Positions 62,524-64,000 of a stretch of 64,000 nt of DNA are shown piece after piece. The notes beneath the pieces are model-generated. The model was not told the origin of the DNA and did not search any database. It saw only the letters and a program-made list of their open reading frames with translations. The position numbers and the translations under genes were made by a program. The stretch is from Alphaproteobacteria bacterium. Its GTDB lineage: Bacteria; Pseudomonadota; Alphaproteobacteria; MPNO01; UBA830. The stretch covers positions 1,152,001-1,216,000 of the forward strand of contig OZ219791.1 in NCBI GenBank assembly GCA_964291215.2, read 5' to 3'. Numbering within the stretch: the first letter of the stretch is position 1; each line of letters opens with the position of its first letter.

Positions 62524-63734
62524 GATTACGCAACCTGATGTCTGGAAATTGTCGTGAAGCTGATCGAGCTGTTCCCATTTGATCTTGGTTTCGGTTTCCC
62601 ATTTTTCGTCGATGAGGACCGCGGTTGAGAAGCGCTCCAACGAGGCGAGGTTCGGAAAGACCCTGACTTTGGAGGTGCGCCGCTTGAGCTCTTGCTGGAT
62701 CGGTCGCTCGATGCCGTTCGAGGTTCGCATGCGCTTGCGGTGAGCATCGGGCAAGGTGAAGACAGCGAGCCCCGCATTGTTTTCCAGCCAGGAAGCCTGG
62801 ATGCTTGTCGCTGGCCACGAGGGCGCCCAGTTCAGCCTCGGCGGTTTGGAGTGAGGAGGCGTGGCTCCGAGCTGTTTTCCAATACGTTTTCTGATGTCGT
62901 TGTTCGGTGCACGGCGTTTTGCGCCAGGTGGAATTGGCAGCGCTGCCATGTCGCCGCGCCCAGCACCGTGCCGCTTTCAACCCGGCATCCGAGACGATGA
63001 AGGTCGTACCATGCAGGGCTAGCAAGCTTTCCAGGAAGGCTCTCCAATGGACCTCGGCCTCAGAGAGCGCCACAGAGAGCCCCAGAACGTGCCTGCAGCC
63101 CCTATTCCGATGGCCGAGAGCACTGCGACATCGCGCACAACGCCGTCATGGCGGGCTTTTTCGTAGCGCGCATCCAGGTATTTCATCAGGGGCCGGTTGC
63201 GCGGCGAGTTCTTCATCGAGCAACCTGGTGGCCCCTGAGAAGAGGACAGGCTCCCGAACTTGCGCATTACATCCTGCCGTGTGGAAACACCCTTGATGTA
63301 CATCTCGGCTACGGCGCGAGAAGATCGCTGGCCGCGTTCAAGCGACTGGGGACGGATCGTCCCCGTGACCGTTTGGCACCTGAACGGTAACAGTGGGGGT
63401 GTTGATCCGCTTGTAGCCGTTGGCCCTGTCGCTCCGGTGTCCGGTGGCCCGCTTTCAAGTACTGCTCGCGCTCGATTTGCATCGCAAGCTCGAAGAGCTA
63501 GCCAAAGACCCGCCCCAGATCCGTTGCTCCGTTTGCGATCAGATGTTCCAAAACAGTCCCGATCGTCGTAGTGTGTCGCAGGTCTATTCGCTTTCTCCAT
63601 GAATGTTTTGCAACTCCATGGGATAGTACGATGGCGCCGCGTTTCACTGGGGGGCTAGCCTCCCCCCCCCCCCCCAGTGAAACGCCTCAAAGCGCAAACC
63701 TCAGACAAATTTCCAGACATCAAGTTACAGTACC
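62524..63734 (-). mobile_element. IS256-family element copy 3 (pseudogene)
   Basis: Same ends as copies 1 and 2; no TSD. Confidence 0.9.
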
Positions 63735-64000
63735 TGCCATTAATTCCGGCCGGGTCCTGTGGACATTTCAGAGCGCCCTGTGGAGGCAAAGGAACGGATC
63801 GGCGACTGGGAGCCATCATCGGCAAAGCTCACAGTGGAGCTGTCGCTGGTTGATCGTGCCACGAAATACGCCTTGCTGGGTGGACAGAAAGACACGGTCG
63901 GTTCGGTCATGATCCGCCTGCTCGGCTCTGGTGCGCTATTGGTCCACACAATCACAACGGCAAGGAGTTCGCAGACCACAGGCGTGTCGCACTTGACGCA
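63735..64000 (+). pseudogene. IS30-family transposase remnant
   Basis: Across frames: VDISERP, KERIGDWE, IIGKAHSG, LVDRATKY, HTIT, NGKEFADH. Confidence 0.75.

Noticed and set aside
21618-63734. Composite transposon bounded by IS256 copies 2 and 3
   Set aside because: Outer flanks (CGGTATCG vs TGCCATTA) are not duplicated, and the interval holds core genes.
1-64000. tRNA or rRNA genes
   Set aside because: None recognised by eye; tRNAscan-SE was not run.

Overview
High-GC alphaproteobacterial (Rhodospirillales-like) chromosome. Intact housekeeping and catabolic blocks alternate with heavily eroded mobile DNA. Intact blocks: ahcY-tsaE-amgK-murU-addB-addA-trxA; an enolase-superfamily/M24 pair; STAS + GPP34; an acyl-CoA/UbiD catabolic operon with a TRAP transporter; a D,D-carboxypeptidase; galU-ugd-pgm; an HD hydrolase; a TAXI TRAP system; an NDT; fused selD. 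Mobile DNA: four full-length but decayed copies of one IS66-family element carrying a DNA adenine methylase remnant, three decayed IS256 copies, a group II intron inside one IS66 copy, three copies of a ~190-bp MITE, IS30, IS21-like, DUF4338 and MobF relaxase remnants, and an apparently intact RIT (three tyrosine recombinases). Next to the RIT lie a toxin-antitoxin pair, a HEPN gene bracketed by 80-bp direct repeats, and a SLOG gene. Two observations stand out: (1) small deletions in the IS copies are shared in mutually incompatible patterns, and (2) the 80-bp repeat-delimited HEPN unit beside the RIT looks like a cassette. All family assignments come from motifs recognised by eye; no searches were run.
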